NCBI GenBank assembly: GCA_963802945.1
Contig: CAWDKY010000053.1
Coordinates: 171,914 to 235,913, forward strand
Direction: 5' to 3'
Source: an uncultured delta proteobacterium
GTDB lineage: Bacteria; Desulfobacterota; RBG-13-43-22
DNA length: 64,000 nucleotides
The notes beneath the pieces are model-generated. The model saw nothing but the letters and a program-made list of their open reading frames with translations. It was not told the DNA's origin and did no database searches. This document shows, piece after piece, positions 8,167 through 20,762 of the stretch; position 1 is the first letter of the stretch; each line of letters begins with the position of its first letter. A program made the position numbers and the translations under genes.

Positions 8167-10451
8167 TTTTTCTTACCCCTCTCCCTGATTGATTAATCAA
8201 CTCTCGATAACGATCAGCCGCCTTTTGGACTTCGGGATCATTCCACAATTCTTCAATAGAATATTGCATCTTTCTGGACCAGTTGGGATAGGCGGTGATG
8301 GTTCCCGGAAGATTGAGTTGATTCTTTTCCAGGAAAAGGTCTTCCTGGCTGATAACCGCTAATTTGGCCTTGGTGGAAAGCACATAAGACAACACGGCCC
8401 GGTGAAGCCCTTCCGTTACTACCGGTTCTTCCTGGGCTTGAAGGGTTAGCGCATCCTCTTTGGAAAGAAATCCCAATTGCTGAAGACGGTCTACCATCCT
8501 GCGTTTGTCCTTGATCCGTTCAGCCAGGGCCTGATAAAATTGTTCCTCTTTTGCAAAGAGACCTAAATTTTTTCGAAGAGCAATGTCTCCCATTCCCCAG
8601 AATCCGGCCAGTGGAGGCAGATCATGAGTACTCACCGAGGCCAGGGCTAATTCCGGATAGGCCTCAGGATGAATTAATTGGCCTGTTTCATCCTTTTCAA
8701 AATAAAAGAGACGACAGGAAAAAACACCCTTTTTCTGCAGAACCTCCCTCAATTGGTCCGGTAATGTCCCCAGGTCTTCACCGATGATCAGGGTTTTGTT
8801 TCGAACACTTTCCAGGGCCAAAATCTTTAAAAACTCCTCAAGAAAATATTTGACGTAGACCCCTTCATGGGCAGGCCGCCCTTCCAATATCCAAAAAAGA
8901 CGTGAAAATTTTAAAATATGGTCAATACGCAAGGCCCCTCCGGGACAACTGTTTTTACGAATCTCTAAAGCAAAGAGTTGATAACCCTCTTGACGATATT
9001 TTCCCCCATCGGGAGGGAAAAATCCCCAATCCTGTCCTTTAGGTGAAAAATCATCCGGAGGTGCCCCGACCTTGACACCGGGGATGGTATAATCCCGCCA
9101 AGCCCAAGAATCAGCCCCCCAGGGATCAATACCCAAGGCCAAGTCATGATAGAGGCCGATCCCGGACCCAAACTTCATGGCCAGCTCCTGCACGGCCGAA
9201 AGCTGCTCTTCTATTTGCCACTGTAAATATTGATGAAATAAGACCTCTGGCCAGTGTTCATTTTTAAAGGTAATAACTTCCTGGGAATGAGGGTCTTGAA
9301 AAGGATTGGGCCACTGCTCCCAGGTATAAAGCTCCTGGTTTTCTTTTTCAAAATAGTCTGTCAGGGCACAGAAAACCGAGAAGCGATCCAGCCATTCGCC
9401 TTCTCCTTCAATATAAGCCTGGAATTCTTTTTGACGTTGAGTCTCCTGCCCGGCCTCCTTCCAATGACGTTCTAAAAAGGTTTGAAAAACTTTCTGTAAA
9501 ACCTTTCTCTTCAACCTGTCCACTTTTTCAAACTGAACTTTTTTGGAATTTCTTGTTTCGTTCATCAAGTTCAGGGTTTCCGAACCCGCCATAATTTCCT
9601 TGGCTTTTAGAGAATATTCATATTCTTCGATTTCGGGAACGGATAAGTAGATCGGATTTCGATACAAACGGCTCGATGGGTAATAAGGACTGATATTGTA
9701 AGGCTCCTTATTAGAAAGGTAATGCAAGGGGAGCAACCCGACAACCTCCACATGCAGCCTTTCGATGGCCCAGCGCATTAATTCCTTCAGGTCGCCGAAA
9801 TCCCCAACCCCCCAATTATTCCTGGACCGGAGGCCGGCCAAGGAAACCATGAATCCGGCCCTTTTCCCGTTGCCTCTGAGGGCCGGAGGGATATAGGTCT
9901 GTTCGGGGCAGACGATCACTTTGACGTCTTGCGCAAAATGACGCTCCCCTTGCCTTAAGACCACAGAACAATAGTGGTAGCCCAAAGGCAGACCTTGAGG
10001 GAAAGGCAGGCTTCCTCTCAGATAAAGGGCCCCCTCGATCCTGGCCGCTTCTCTAAACAGAAGCTTTTCCTGGGGGAAATAGTTGAATGGTTACGTTCCC
10101 ATTTTCCTCATGAATATTTAATTGAACTCCGAGGTCTTCGGGCAAATCAACGGGCTCTAGGTCCTGTTCTTCCGCTGGAAACTGAAAATGCATTTCTTCC
10201 GGCAGAGACCCCATCGATATAATCAAAACAGGCTCTGTAAGTTGCCTCCAAGACCGATGCTCTTCGGCCAGGACCGCCTTTTTCAGATCCTCCAGAGGCT
10301 CCACCGGACACCCCATGGCCGACAGGATCTTCATGGTGGTTTCCTGGGTACTGGAATGGATGTGCCCCCAGACATCCCGATAATCGGTTTCAATCCCTTT
10401 AAGCGAAGCTAAACGAGTCAGCCATTTTTGATATTCTTCAGAATCGTTCAT
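8147..10451 (-). CDS. malQ: 4-alpha-glucanotransferase (amylomaltase, GH77), split by one extra base in the G5 run 10072-10076
   Basis: ORFs 10053..10451 and 8147..9985 join in frame if one C is removed (LFPQEKLL...LPLGYH); WGVGDFGDL, SPYYPSSR, GAPPDDFSPKGQDWG, RIDH, GEDLG, STHD, NLPGT motifs. Confidence 0.9.
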
Positions 10452-11534
10452 TGGATTCGAATGATTTCCCCTTCATCCATTATCCGGGCATTGAAATCAC
10501 AACCATTCTTGTGAGTAAGTTCTTTCAGCAAACGAATCCCTTCTTTTTGGCTATCCAATACAGGAATTCCCCCATTAACCAATTTTATCGGAATCAATCG
10601 CCCTTCCAAAAATTGGCCGTTTTTCAGAGTCCAGATTGACTTTTAAGATACCAGAAATGCCATTAGGTCCTTTGAGATTAAACAGGCCGTACGTCAAAAA
10701 ATTACCCAGACTGTAGGCAATTAATTTCCCCTTATAAATCTCCACAGCCCTTAAGACATGAGGGCCGTGGCCCAGGACCAGATCTGCACCGGCGTCGATA
10801 ACCGACCGGGAAAACAGCATCACGTTACCCCGATCCTCGTCTAGAAAAATTTCATTCTCATTGACGACTTGGAGAGCGGTTTTCCCTTCAGCCCCCCCAT
10901 GAAAGGATACGATCACCAGGTCATGGGTCTCCTTTATTTTAGCGACCAGTTCTTTGGCCTTGCCGATTTCCAACAAAGACCAGGAGTAGAGAGACGAACG
11001 ATAAGAAAATCCGATCAAGGCTATCTTTTTTCCTTTGATCAATAATTCGGCGACGGCTTGGCCTCCTAAAGGTTTTATCCCCAAGGCATCCAAGGTCTCA
11101 AGGGTACTCCTTAGGCCCTCCATTCCAAAATCCAGGGTATGATTATTGGCGATATTCACCACCGTAAATCCGGCCTGTTTCAGAAAAAGGCCGTAACGGA
11201 CCGGCATCTTGAACTCAAAACACCAGGGGCTTTTATTGTCCAGACATTTACCCTGTCCTTCTGCCTCGTATAGAGGACCTTCCAAGTTTCCAAAGGTAAG
11301 GTCTCCGTCCTTAAGACTAGCGGCAATATTATCAAATAAATACTGTCCATCATCGGGCGGCAATCTCCCTTTTTGACCAAGGGAACCCATCATGATGTCC
11401 CCCACGGCAACCACAGAGAGAACATCACCGGCATAGGACTTTTGAAAAACCAATCCGGCGATCAGAACTAAGAAAAACAAAAAGATGGCCTTTTTAGGTT
11501 TTAATATTTTTTCTCTTTGGCTTGGGAAGGACAT
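10448..11534 (-). CDS. CapA family (PGA_cap) metallophosphatase-like protein; one extra base in the T5 run ~10620-10624
   Basis: AVGDIM, GNLEG, ANNHTLDFG, SFHGG, GHGPHV, YSLGNF; removing one A extends the C-terminus to ...DEGEIIRIQ* whose TGA overlaps the malQ ATG (ATGA). Confidence 0.85.
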
Positions 11535-11670
11535 AACTGACCTATATACTACAGAATCGACTCCTTGTTAACTTTTTAAGAGATACCTTATTACGGAATT
11601 CTTGACAATGCACTCATAACATTATAAAAAAAGAATAATAAATTTCATTTTTTTATTACCGGGGGCTGCC

Positions 11671-12147
11671 TTGAATTCTAATAATAAGCCGGCCTTTAAG
11701 GGGTTGATCCTATTCTTAAGTTCCGGGACCTACCTGGGGTATATCCCCCTGGCTTCAGGAACTTTTGGAACCCTTTGGGGGTTGCCCATATTCTACTGGC
11801 TCTCGGCACGAACCATTTGGTTTCAGATCGTATTTACAGTCGGCTCCATCTTGTTGGCCGTTCTTTTGGCCGGGCAAGCAGAAAAAATTTGGAATAAAAA
11901 AGATCCTTCCCAAGTGGTGATCGATGAAATAGTCGGTTATATGGCAGCAATGGTTTGCCTGCCTTTTTCCTGGGAAACAGCCTGGGTCGGATTTTTTATT
12001 TTTAGGGCCATGGATATCATCAAACCTTATCCGATTCGAAAAATCGACCGAAATTGGCCCGGGGGTTGGGGAATCGTGTTGGATGATGTCTTGGCCGGTA
12101 TTTATACTCAACTTGTACTTCGGTTTTGGATTTACTTCCGGTCCTGA
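11671..12147 (+). CDS. pgpA: Phosphatidylglycerophosphatase A
   Basis: SGTFGTL, DPSQVVIDEIVG, FRAMDIIKPYPI, GIVLDDVLAG. Confidence 0.93.
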   Translation: MNSNNKPAFKGLILFLSSGTYLGYIPLASGTFGTLWGLPIFYWLSARTIWFQIVFTVGSILLAVLLAGQAEKIWNKKDPSQVVIDEIVGYMAAMVCLPFSWETAWVGFFIFRAMDIIKPYPIRKIDRNWPGGWGIVLDDVLAGIYTQLVLRFWIYFRS

Positions 12148-12159
12148 TGGAAAAATTAA

Positions 12160-13422
12160 ATGGGGATAAAGATTGAGGTCATAGGGATAGGCAATGAACT
12201 GATTACCGGCCGGGTTCTGGATCAAAACGCCGGTTATGTTGCTGCCCGATTGCATTCCTCTGGATTTGAGGTCAGGAGGATAGTCTTAATTGGGGCCCAA
12301 CCCAGAATCATCCGCTCCGCCCTGAAACAGGCAGGAAAAAGGTCCGATGCCGTCCTGGTGACCGGCGGCTTGGGCAGCACCCTGGATGACATTACGGTTG
12401 AAGTGGTCAGCCGGGTCTTCCGCCGTCCACTGGTTCTCCATCCGGATCTTCAAAGTCAAATCAGACGATCGTTAACCAAGAAGGCCATCCCCCGGGACCC
12501 CAAGTTTGAAAAAATAGCCTGGCTGCCGGAAGGGGTGGAACTGTTTCACCCCAGACCCAAGGCCTGCGGTTTTATGATGATGGAGAATGGAAAACCGTTC
12601 TTTTTTCTACCCGGAGTCCCGGAGGAAATGAGAAGGTTTTTAGACCGGCAAATTATTCCCTATTTACTCCAGCACTACCCGGGACAGGAGGTCGTCCGGC
12701 AAAGGGTCTATCATATCTTCGGATTGTTGGAGCCGGAGATCAATGAAAAAGTCAAGGATTTGGAACAACGTTTTGAATCCCTCCAAATAGGATTTTATCC
12801 CAATTTTCCGGAAAACCAACTGACCCTTTCCGTCCGCTCCGAGAAAGCCCTCTGGGCCGACCGCTTGCTCGATTCCATTGAAACGGTAGTGGAAGAACGA
12901 TTATCCGGACATCTTATTTCCAAGCATGGTCAGACTCTGGAAGAAGTCATTGGTGAATTATTAATACAAAAAAAGAAGACCCTGGCTGTGGCCGAATCCT
13001 GCACCGGCGGTTTGATCGGACATCGAATAACAAGTGTACCTGGAAGTTCCGAATATTTTGATCGGTCCGTGGTGGTTTACAGCAACAAGGCCAAAACAGA
13101 ACTGCTTGACATCCCCAAAAGGATTCTTGCCCGATACGGGGCTGTCAGTGAAAAAACAGCCATATTGATGGCCGAGGGAATTCGAAAAAGAAGCGGATCG
13201 GATATAGGACTGGCCGTTACCGGGATCGCCGGACCGGGAGGCGGAACGCCGGAAAAACCCGTGGGAACGGTCTGGATCGCCCTGTCTACGATCCAAAGGA
13301 GCAAGGCCGGTCATTTTCTTTTTAGCGGACCACGCCAACAAATTAAAACCCTGACAGCTTATACGGCCCTGAATTGGGTCAGGAGATACCTCCTTGATGA
13401 TACGTTCCTTTTTAGCGATTGA
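12160..13422 (+). CDS. cinA: CinA competence/damage-inducible protein (MoCF-like + NMN deamidase domains)
   Basis: GNELITG, TGGLG...DDIT, LPGVPEEM, AVAESCTGG, GAVSE, TGIAGPGGG. Confidence 0.93.
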   Translation: MGIKIEVIGIGNELITGRVLDQNAGYVAARLHSSGFEVRRIVLIGAQPRIIRSALKQAGKRSDAVLVTGGLGSTLDDITVEVVSRVFRRPLVLHPDLQSQIRRSLTKKAIPRDPKFEKIAWLPEGVELFHPRPKACGFMMMENGKPFFFLPGVPEEMRRFLDRQIIPYLLQHYPGQEVVRQRVYHIFGLLEPEINEKVKDLEQRFESLQIGFYPNFPENQLTLSVRSEKALWADRLLDSIETVVEERLSGHLISKHGQTLEEVIGELLIQKKKTLAVAESCTGGLIGHRITSVPGSSEYFDRSVVVYSNKAKTELLDIPKRILARYGAVSEKTAILMAEGIRKRSGSDIGLAVTGIAGPGGGTPEKPVGTVWIALSTIQRSKAGHFLFSGPRQQIKTLTAYTALNWVRRYLLDDTFLFSD

Positions 13423-13963
13423 ACTTCCTGAAGACCAAAAAGAGACTGTTGCCGAATATATTCAGGAGCTGCGTCAGGTCCCTTCGAAGATTAAATGGGT
13501 CCTGCCCCATCAGACCCATTTTACCTTGAAGTTTTTTGGTTCCATTAGGCCCGAAACAGTAAAAAAAATTGCTCAAGCCCTTTCTCCGGCCTTAAGCGAG
13601 TTCCCCAAATTTCATCTGACCTTGAAAGGGATAGGGGCTTTTCCAAACCTGTTCAGACCCCGGGTGATTTGGTTAGGTCTGGGGGGGAAGACGGATAGCC
13701 TCCGGGGGATTCACCAGATCATTGATCAGGCCCTTATTCCTTTGGGCTTCCCCAAAGAAGAACGGCCTTTCCAGGGCCATTTGACCCTGGGAAGAAATAA
13801 AGAGAATCAAATAAACGAATCGTTTTACAGACACCTGTCCGAATGGTCGAAGGAAGAAACCACCCCGTTTGCAGTTGAAAGGGTGATTCTTTTTCAAAGT
13901 GATTTAAAACCGGCCGGACCGGTGTATACCAAGTTGGAGGCTTTTACACTTAAAAAAGCGTAA
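13394..13963 (+). CDS. thpR: RNA 2',3'-cyclic phosphodiesterase (2H family)
   Basis: RSFLAI, HFTLKF and HLTLGR 2H motifs, GPVY. Confidence 0.92.
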   Translation: MMIRSFLAIELPEDQKETVAEYIQELRQVPSKIKWVLPHQTHFTLKFFGSIRPETVKKIAQALSPALSEFPKFHLTLKGIGAFPNLFRPRVIWLGLGGKTDSLRGIHQIIDQALIPLGFPKEERPFQGHLTLGRNKENQINESFYRHLSEWSKEETTPFAVERVILFQSDLKPAGPVYTKLEAFTLKKA

Positions 13964-14102
13964 CTGGAATAAGAAAAAAAATCTGGATCCCTGACACCAG
14001 ATAAAAAAATTTTCATCTGGAGAGGACATCTGGTATCTTTCTTATACCAGGAATTCAATAAAAGGAATTAGACTTAAACAACCAAACCAAGAGGGAGGCG
14101 AT

Positions 14103-15128
14103 ATGAAAACAGATTTGAAACCAACCAGTGAAAAAGGCAGGGCGGTGGAAATGGCCATGGGTCAAATTGAAAAACAGTTCGGAAAAGGCTCTATTATGCG
14201 TCTGGGAGCAGAGGCCGTGACGGCCGATATCCCCTCTATCCCTACGGGATCCCTTTCTCTCGATATGGCCACCGGTATCGGAGGTATTCCCCGGGGCAGG
14301 ATCACAGAAATCTATGGTCCTGAATCTTCCGGCAAGACCTCTCTGGCCTTGCATACCATCGCCGAGGCCCAAAAAAAAGGAGGCATGGCCGCCTTTATTG
14401 ACGCCGAACACGCCCTGGATATCAGCTATGCCAGCAAGTTGGGGGTGAATTGCGATGACCTGCTGGTCTCCCAGCCTGATAATGGGGAGCAGGCCCTGGA
14501 AATCGCTGAAATACTGGTGCGCAGCGGTGCCATGGATATCGTGGTAGTCGATTCGGTAGCCGCCCTGGTTCCTCGGGCGGAAATAGAAGGGGAAATGGGA
14601 GATGCCCACATGGGACTCCAGGCCCGGCTTATGTCCCAAGCCTTGAGGAAATTGACCGGGACCATCAGCAAGACCCATACCTCCCTAGTCTTTATCAACC
14701 AGATCCGGATGAAAATCGGGGTCATGTTCGGCAATCCGGAAACCACTACCGGAGGAAACGCCTTGAAGTTTTATGCCTCTTTGCGCCTGGATATACGGAA
14801 AATCGGAACGTTAAAAGATGGACAGGAGATCATCGGTACTCGAACCAAAGTCAAGGTGGTTAAAAACAAGATTGCCCCTCCATTTAAAGAAGCCGAATTT
14901 GATATCCTCTATGGAGAAGGGATCTCCAAGGAAGGCGACATCCTGGACCTGGGTGTGGCCCACGACATTGTTGAAAAAAGCGGCACCTGGTACTCTTACG
15001 GCGGCAATCGTATCGGTCAGGGACGGGATAATGCCCGGTTGTATTTAAAGGACCACCCGGAAGCCTTAACCGAGATCGAGACCAAAGTCAAACAGACTTA
15101 TGGATTGATCAAAGAGACCGGGCAATAG
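14103..15128 (+). CDS. recA: Recombinase A
   Basis: [45 protein letters not shown]. Confidence 0.99.
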   Translation: MKTDLKPTSEKGRAVEMAMGQIEKQFGKGSIMRLGAEAVTADIPSIPTGSLSLDMATGIGGIPRGRITEIYGPESSGKTSLALHTIAEAQKKGGMAAFIDAEHALDISYASKLGVNCDDLLVSQPDNGEQALEIAEILVRSGAMDIVVVDSVAALVPRAEIEGEMGDAHMGLQARLMSQALRKLTGTISKTHTSLVFINQIRMKIGVMFGNPETTTGGNALKFYASLRLDIRKIGTLKDGQEIIGTRTKVKVVKNKIAPPFKEAEFDILYGEGISKEGDILDLGVAHDIVEKSGTWYSYGGNRIGQGRDNARLYLKDHPEALTEIETKVKQTYGLIKETGQ

Positions 15129-15204
15129 AACAACCTAAATCATATTGGAATACAGAATCCAGGAGTCAGCATTCAGGATAAAAAATGATATTGATATACT
15201 CGTG

Positions 15205-15357
15205 AATTGTATGTGTAATCACTTTACAGTCTTGTCATTCCGGACTTGATCCGGAATCCATTCTTTTTGACCTGGGTTCCCGCTGGAGTTTATCCCGCAC
15301 TTGATGCGGGACGGGAATGACGGCATGAGGACTATTGTAAACCTCTTATCGAGACAC
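15205..15357. repeat. ~150-bp REP-containing interspersed element, copy 1
   Basis: GTCATTCCGGACTTGATCCGGAATCCA...CCCGCACTTGATGCGGG...GAATGACG...GAGACAC; its reverse complement aligns to 27821-27970. Confidence 0.85.
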
Positions 15358-15400
15358 AATAATAGATACGAGATTCATTTTCTTACTACGGAAAGGATAA

Positions 15401-18053
<2,653 letters not shown>

Positions 18054-18058
18054 AAAAC

Positions 18059-18180
18059 GATGGAGTATTGGAGTACTGGAATATTGGAATAGTGGAAGAA
18101 TAGAGTAGCCGGGCTAGTCCATTACTCCAATACTCCATCACTCCAATTTCCCATCCTTCACTACTCCATTACTCCAATTC
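18059..18180. repeat. 8-mer inverted arms between convergent alaS and the serine hydrolase gene
   Basis: TGGAGTAT TGGAGTAC TGGAATAT TGGAATAG vs CCATTACT CCAATACT CCATCACT ... CCATTACT CCAAT. Confidence 0.88.
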
Positions 18181-18187
18181 TTTTGGT

Positions 18188-19276
18188 TCAGTTTTTTGAG
18201 TGGCCGTTTTTCAGGGTTTCATAAATTCGATCAGAGAGATAACGGATGGCCTTAGTCTTCTTTCTGCCCCAGCCCCCATCGGATGGGCGGTCTTTATTCT
18301 CGATAATAATAGAAAGGACATAATCGTTACGACCGTTCAAGCTCTTTTGATAAACAATACCGCAATCGCCGTTCAAACCCCTAACAAAGCCGGTTTTATC
18401 GGCCACAGCCACACCATCCTGTTTGATCTGATAAGTTCTAATCCGGTCATGGATGTTTTTAAGTAAAATGTCGTTCATTTCTTGGGAATACTGGGGACTG
18501 ATCAATTTCTGTTCATAAAGCAGACGAAAGAAAAGCGTGGTGTCGGCGGCTGAAGTTCGATTGAAGTACGTTTTCCCTCCTTCGGGAATAAGTTCCCGGA
18601 GACGCGTGTCCAAGAAACCCAGTTTACGCATCAAGGCGTTGATGCCGATGATACCTTGAAGGGTATCCCCTTTCCCCAGACGACGTATCAGGACATTGGT
18701 GGCCCCATTATCACTTACGGTGATCATACGATTCAAATGGTGTTCTATTTCCGGGGTTTCCTGAAGTTCCTGCCGGGCAATAGCATCGTAAACCGCCAAC
18801 ATGACAAAAGGTTTGATCAGACTGGCCGCATTACGAACAACATTCCCGTTAATGTCCACCAGCATTTTTTTGTCATTGAGGTCGTAGACCTGGATGGAAA
18901 TCTGATCCTCCGGCAGAAGTTGCCGGATAGACTTAAGATGAATAATTTCATTTTCGATCAAGACTTGTAACGGACCTTCGGTATTTATTTCCGGCGGTGG
19001 GATAGCGTCTTCACGAGGAAACCGTTTTCGGGCAATGGATGTAACCGGTTTGCGGGGAGAAGCGGCCTTTTTCCTTTTTTTAAACGAGGCAGATCTTTTC
19101 TTTTTTTTCTTTTGGCTGATTCGTTTGAGTTTCTTTTTCTTGGTCCCTTTTTGACAGGTCTTCTTTGATTTTACCCGAGGACCATCAGACCCTGTGATGG
19201 CCTGAAGGGGTTGGTTCAGAAAAAAAACCAGGGCCAGTATCAAAGATATGATGAAATTTTTCTTAAAAAGTGTCAT
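18188..19276 (-). CDS. Class A beta-lactamase-like serine hydrolase with signal peptide and Lys-rich linker
   Basis: ASLIK (SxxK), SDN, DKTG motifs. Confidence 0.85.
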   Translation of the reverse strand: MTLFKKNFIISLILALVFFLNQPLQAITGSDGPRVKSKKTCQKGTKKKKLKRISQKKKKKRSASFKKRKKAASPRKPVTSIARKRFPREDAIPPPEINTEGPLQVLIENEIIHLKSIRQLLPEDQISIQVYDLNDKKMLVDINGNVVRNAASLIKPFVMLAVYDAIARQELQETPEIEHHLNRMITVSDNGATNVLIRRLGKGDTLQGIIGINALMRKLGFLDTRLRELIPEGGKTYFNRTSAADTTLFFRLLYEQKLISPQYSQEMNDILLKNIHDRIRTYQIKQDGVAVADKTGFVRGLNGDCGIVYQKSLNGRNDYVLSIIIENKDRPSDGGWGRKKTKAIRYLSDRIYETLKNGHSKN

Positions 19277-19378
19277 AAATGTACCATAAAAAATTTATTG
19301 TTTTCTTGTCAAGAAATAACAGCTATTGGGATGCTAACTTACTAAAACTTTTAATGTTTTATTTTCACTCGGTGATTT

Positions 19379-20524
19379 ATGAAATTGCATCATTCTTCCG
19401 GCTTGGGCTCCTGGGTTGAAATTGACCTTTCCTGTCTAAGGGAAAACTATCAATCTCTCAGGGAAAAAATCAACCCCTCTACCAAAATCATGGCGGTGGT
19501 TAAAGCCGATGCCTATGGGCATGGTCTGGTTTCCATTGGTCGGGAATTGGTTCGTCTTGGTGTTCCGGCTTTGGGTGTAGGTTCGATTGACGAAGGCATC
19601 ATAGTCAGAAACAAGATCAGCCCTGATATCCCGGTGTTCCTTTTACTGGGCCTTCTCCCGGAAGAAACCCAGGCCTGTCTCCATTACCGCCTGACCCCGG
19701 TCCTGTACGGAATCGAAACCGCCAAAAAGCTCGACCGGGCTGCAAGACAAAAAAAAACCCAATTCCCAGTACACATCAAGATCGATACCGGAATGGGTCG
19801 TTTGGGGGTCCCCTGGTTTGAATTCGGGGAGTTTGTCCATCAAATAAAGGTCTTGAAAGGTCTTCAAATAACCGGCCTGACCTCTCACTTCGGACAAGCC
19901 GATGAAAAAGAAAAACCTTATAATCAACTGCAATGGAAACGATTCACCGCCGCACTGGATCTGGCGCGGCAAGCCGGCCTGGCATTGACTGAAAATCATA
20001 TGGCCAACAGCGCCGCCCTGCTCAATTACCGGCAAAGCCATCTCCAGTTTGCTCGCCCCGGAATCTTGCTTTATGGCTGTAACCCGGTCACCCCGCTCAG
20101 CCGCACCAAATCCCTCAAAGTAAAACCGGTCATGACCTTAAAAAGCCATATCCTGCAAGTCAAACAACTACCGGCCGGGGTTGAAGTCAGTTATGGTGGC
20201 GCTTTTATCACCACCCGTCCTGAAAGCCTGGCCATTATAGCCATTGGTTATGCCAACGGCTATCCAAGAATATTATCCAACCAAGGAGAAGTCTTGATAA
20301 GGGGCAAACGTTTCCCTATCGTCGGCCGGGTCTGCATGAATTTGACGATAATCCGGGTTGCTCCCTCTCTCCATTGCCGGGTTGGTGAAGAAGTGGTCCT
20401 GATGGGAACCCAAGGGCAAGAGACCATAACCCCAAACGAGCTGGCTCAAAAGGCTGGAACCATCCCTTATGAACTTTTTTGCCTTTTGGGTCGTCTGAAT
20501 CCCAGAAAAAATTTAGACATTTGA
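19379..20524 (+). CDS. alr: Alanine racemase
   Basis: AVVKADAYGHG, HIKIDTGMGRLG, RPGILLYG, GRVCM, GTIPYE. Confidence 0.97.
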   Translation: MKLHHSSGLGSWVEIDLSCLRENYQSLREKINPSTKIMAVVKADAYGHGLVSIGRELVRLGVPALGVGSIDEGIIVRNKISPDIPVFLLLGLLPEETQACLHYRLTPVLYGIETAKKLDRAARQKKTQFPVHIKIDTGMGRLGVPWFEFGEFVHQIKVLKGLQITGLTSHFGQADEKEKPYNQLQWKRFTAALDLARQAGLALTENHMANSAALLNYRQSHLQFARPGILLYGCNPVTPLSRTKSLKVKPVMTLKSHILQVKQLPAGVEVSYGGAFITTRPESLAIIAIGYANGYPRILSNQGEVLIRGKRFPIVGRVCMNLTIIRVAPSLHCRVGEEVVLMGTQGQETITPNELAQKAGTIPYELFCLLGRLNPRKNLDI

Positions 20525-20549
20525 CTTGGATTCAAAAAAAGCTTATAAA
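20521..20549 (+). promoter_or_regulatory. Putative sigma70 promoter for the small Cys-protein/argS operon
   Basis: TTGACT-17 nt-TATAAA. Confidence 0.55.
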
Positions 20550-20585
20550 AATAGATTAAATTAAGTCTGTTGGCCAGGAGGAATT

Positions 20586-20762
20586 ATGTCGCCGGTTCCT
20601 GAAGAAATAACCATCTGCGTCGTCTGTGCCTGGAGGGAAACCTGTCAAAAAAAGTATTCCTTTTCCTCTTCGGGTGGAACAAAATGCCCGGATTATACCC
20701 GGGATTTGACCTTGCCGAAAGATAACGATAAAAAACCGGAGAGTAATAAACAAGGTGCGTGA
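20586..20762 (+). CDS. Small 58-aa Cys4 (putative Zn/Fe-S binding) protein, absent from the ORF track
   Basis: AGGAGG RBS then MSPVPEEITICVVCAWRETCQKKYSFSSSGGTKCPDYTRDLTLPKDNDKKPESNKQGA*; stop overlaps the argS start. Confidence 0.8.
   Translation: MSPVPEEITICVVCAWRETCQKKYSFSSSGGTKCPDYTRDLTLPKDNDKKPESNKQGA

Noticed and set aside
14055-14678. Long antisense ORFs (also 7274..7951, 16650..17276, 30440..31114, 45682..46593)
   Set aside because: Shadows of well-supported genes on the opposite strand, with no recognisable motifs.
18059-18180. CRISPR-like array
   Set aside because: Units are contiguous 8-mers with no unique spacers, and there are no cas genes; the same holds for the other short-period repeats.
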